Source of the DNA: Tubulanus polymorphus
Lineage: Eukaryota; Animalia; Nemertea
NCBI RefSeq assembly: GCF_964204645.1
Contig: NC_134030.1
Coordinates: forward strand, 22,714,210 to 22,778,209
Direction of reading: 5' to 3'
Length of the DNA: 64,000 bases
Shown here: positions 61,101 through 64,000 of the stretch, one piece after another
Numbering within the stretch: position 1 is the stretch's first letter
Layout: every line of letters starts with the position of its first letter
Translations under genes and position numbers: made by a program
The notes under the pieces: model-generated
The model's database searches: none
Seen by the model: only the letters and a program-made list of their open reading frames with translations
What the model was told of the DNA's origin: nothing

Positions 61101-63844
61101 AGTAATCTATTGTGTTTATCCCGTTTCAGTGAAACACATTAAACAAATTTTTGCAAACAGAATCCAAACGGAATTTAAAGGTGAATCAATGGACTGTGAG
61201 GTGTTTTAATTAACAAATTAAACCGGTACCGGGAGTAACGGTGAAGGTCGATCGGTACCGATTAAGGGTGAAGGTCAACTGGTATAAAGTAAGGGTGAAG
61301 GACGAATGTATTTTGTTGGAGGATATTTGTCGCCATAGAAGCATAAACATCAGTCAATGTCACAGCAGTTTCAAAAAACATTTTATAATTACAGATTCAC
61401 TAGTGACTGTTTTAGAAGAGAAATGTAAGAAGGCTCGCAGCAGTTCGCCTCTCAAACACTGGACATATGATATATCTGGCGCGAGTAAGTTCACAGTGAA
61501 ATCAGTTGTTTGTGATTTATAATAGAATTCTATTGTATAAAAACTTGTCTATTGTTTATTACATATAGTGTCTGTACTCAGTGAATTTACCAGTAGAACT
61601 CTAAAGACAGACACAGGTTATTGGAAACAAGTCAAAGAATGTTTTGGTAAATAATAAATTCTTCTTTGACTGAACGTTTTATTAAATGATCTGATTTTCA
61701 GGTTTTGAATAATAATTGTTTGTTCTGTTTGAATAGGAGATGAAATTGCCAGTGAAACAAATACAACTAAACTGACAAAAATAGGTGAATATCAATACAA
61801 TAACAACAACTCATTTTTCAGATTAAGAAAACTGTGGCGTCGAATTCATTGAAGATGATATTCATCAATCATGAAATATAAATGTATACCTGGATCAACA
61901 TATGTATGTAATTGTATTGTACCTTGCACATAATACACGTGGACACAGATTAATTATAAATACATCCCTAGCCTAGAGTCCCTCATCTTATGTTTGTAAA
62001 AACTATCTGAACTCCTATAATTGTATAATAATCTTGGATGAAATGATGATGAAAATAAAATTATCATTATCATTATTATCAATGTGATAAGATCTTTAGA
62101 GGCATCTGTTTTGATTCAGAGCCATGTGTTACGCATATAGCTGTATAACCACTGGCCAAGTGTACTTTTGGTATAAAGTTTAACGTGTGCAACTATAGAT
62201 TAGTAAAAGTGCAAGCAAGTTACGCAGTGTCATCGGTTCAATTGTCGGCTCAATATCAAACATAGCCACGTGAAGACGCCATGTTTTAAGCGTTAAACTA
62301 AGAATGTTTATAAGTCATCACAGTTTGTTCACGGTTTGTATCGATGTGAATATTTGTTTATTTATCTATTTGTTTTCAGTTGACGAGTGTTTGGGTGAAT
62401 GCACTAAAACAATGAGTGATAAATGGAATACTGGTGAGTTACTCCCCTCATGAGTAACCCTTTATGAGAGGTACTCATGAGTAACCCTCATAAGTACCTC
62501 TCATAAGTACTCCTCATGAGTACCTCTCATGAGTACCCCTTATGATCAGTACCTGTATTCATACCTGACATCTTGAGTACAATTTGAGTACAGGACCTAA
62601 ATACAAATCGTAATTTGGGTGCCTGAGTACCAAAGCTATTGGACCTTGAATTAGTGACGGGATATGTCATTGTAGTGAGTACATGAAGTACCAAATACAG
62701 ATACTCAACTGAGTACCCGGTCCCGTTACCTGAATCGTTTAAATGATGTAATGATCAGAAATCATGAAGTTGAAACAAACGGCAAACTAAATCAGATTTC
62801 TGTGAGCTTATATTTCATGTTTTAATATTTTTAGACGATTTTAAGGGGCGCAACATGATTTTAGAGACAGGTAAATATTCCGTATATAATTCACATAGGG
62901 CCGGTTCATCACTACTCAAAGTTAATACTAGTCTAAGACGATATCAGTTCTACAACCGATCTCACAACTTTAAGACGAATTGTGAACTTAGGTTTCGACT
63001 ATGGAACCTGGTTCAATCACAAACCAGTTTTTATCTTAAAAATCTATTTGATTTTCTATCTATTACCATGAATTTTTTTCAATCAAGCACAAACGTTTCA
63101 ATGAAAGTAATGAGTTAGGAGTCTAGATCCCTCCTAATCCCTGAACTCCTAAGACTTGACTCCTAAGCTGAGTCTTGAAATGGGCTAAATCCAACAAAAA
63201 ATATAAAATATAGCTGCGAAGCAGCGCTAACGGGTTTTCTGACAAGCCATGCGGCCAAAACAAAAGGAATAAGAGAAGATAAAAATATTTCATTTGCGGA
63301 ATTCGAACTCGATGTGGCACCTTCAGAAATAAAAAAATTATTGCCGGGGATTCGAACCAGTTATAACTGCATAAAATAAAAAAATAAAAACACTCGTCAA
63401 CTGAAAACAAACAAATAAATAAATAAATTTTGACATCGATGCAAACTGTGACAAAACAGTGATGACTTATAAACATTCTTAGTTTAACACTTAAAACACG
63501 GCGTCTTCACGTGGCTATGATTAAGCGGACAATTGAACCGATGATACTGCGTAACTTGCTTGCACTTTTACTAATCTATAGTTGCACACTTTAAACTTTA
63601 TACCAAAAGTATGAGTGAATATAAGTTTATGATTGAATATCTAAGCAGAAGACAATTCTATTGTGTTCACTATTGTATTTCGTATTATGTTTATATTGTA
63701 GGGCGAAGTAGTGAAATGTCTGACGATGGTGGAGTAAGTCAGCGGCCATCAAGAGGTTATGGCCGGTCACCTGATGTTGGACAAGGTCAATCTAGTGGTG
63801 ATAGTAACGTAATGAGTGGTTATGGTAGATCGAGCTATCGTTGA
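49176..63844 (+). CDS. Type I Ig-superfamily receptor B (~1079 aa, 38 coding exons): signal, 3 Ig + 1 degenerate Ig-like domain, TM, cytoplasmic region from 31 symmetric small exons
   Basis: Exons: 49176-49290 (signal + RLKR), 50215-50505 (Ig, YKCVATNSAG), 51048-51380, 51728-52066 (CRTEGGRPDP...HNGTSFRC), 52315-52581, 52835-52954 (TM), 31 small exons from 54089 to 62870, and terminal exon 63702-63844. The joined CDS is 3240 nt and open; AATAAA at ~63965. Confidence 0.8.
49851..50260 (+). repeat. 82-bp tandem repeat x5 spanning an intron/exon junction
   Basis: Acceptor-exon starts recur at 49887, 49969, 50051, 50133 and 50215. Confidence 0.95.
55124..55703. repeat. Intronic 40/42-bp minisatellite (CTGTAAACCTGATAGAAGCGGCCGGTAGAGAGTTTGTAAT)n
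   Basis: About 14 contiguous copies with no spacers. Confidence 0.95.
59629..60057. repeat. Intronic 22-bp minisatellite (TTACATCTACAGTAAACTACAT)n
   Basis: About 19 copies starting right after the donor at 59624. Confidence 0.95.
62163..63611. repeat. ~230-bp inverted repeat (62163-62392 versus 63388-63611)
   Basis: Direct reverse-complement match with few mismatches. The left arm includes the acceptor and first 13 nt of exon 62380-62433. Confidence 0.9.
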
Positions 63845-64000
63845 TATCTGTCTGATTTTTCTATGCTTGAAACAAGTGCGATTTTTTTTTTGAAAAGAAA
63901 AAATTATCGATGAAGGAAAAAAATTCGATTAAAAGAGAAATCACTGTAGTTTGTTTTATTGATAAATAAATTAGTATTTAGGAAATATCCAGAGATTGAT

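Overview
Eukaryotic, AT-rich, intron-rich and repeat-rich animal DNA. The gene content suggests a marine invertebrate, probably a lophotrochozoan (inference; the species cannot be determined). Left to right: a complex satellite (1-1045); a decayed spliced gene fusing SGNH-hydrolase, SWIM, 2xC2H2 and PHD domains (1787-4495, -); a large interrupted inverted duplication (6.3-11 kb); a 2-exon multi-pass membrane protein; five divergent class A GPCR genes (19.5-28.9 kb) bracketed by two paralogous secreted Gly/Asn-rich peptide precursors with a C-terminal Cys pair; a secreted PAN/Apple protein; a 70-aa furin-cleavable precursor; an intronless GH5 endoglycoceramidase; and two related Ig-superfamily receptors. 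The first receptor (44139-47287) has a tail of tandem YMDM motifs. The second (49176-63844, ~1079 aa) has a cytoplasmic region encoded by 31 consecutive phase-1, frame-preserving small exons of 18-141 nt that the ORF track mostly misses. This micro-exon receptor and its YxxM-tailed neighbour are the best candidates for an undescribed system. All gene models were assembled by hand from GT/AG signals and frame continuity, with no transcript or database support.
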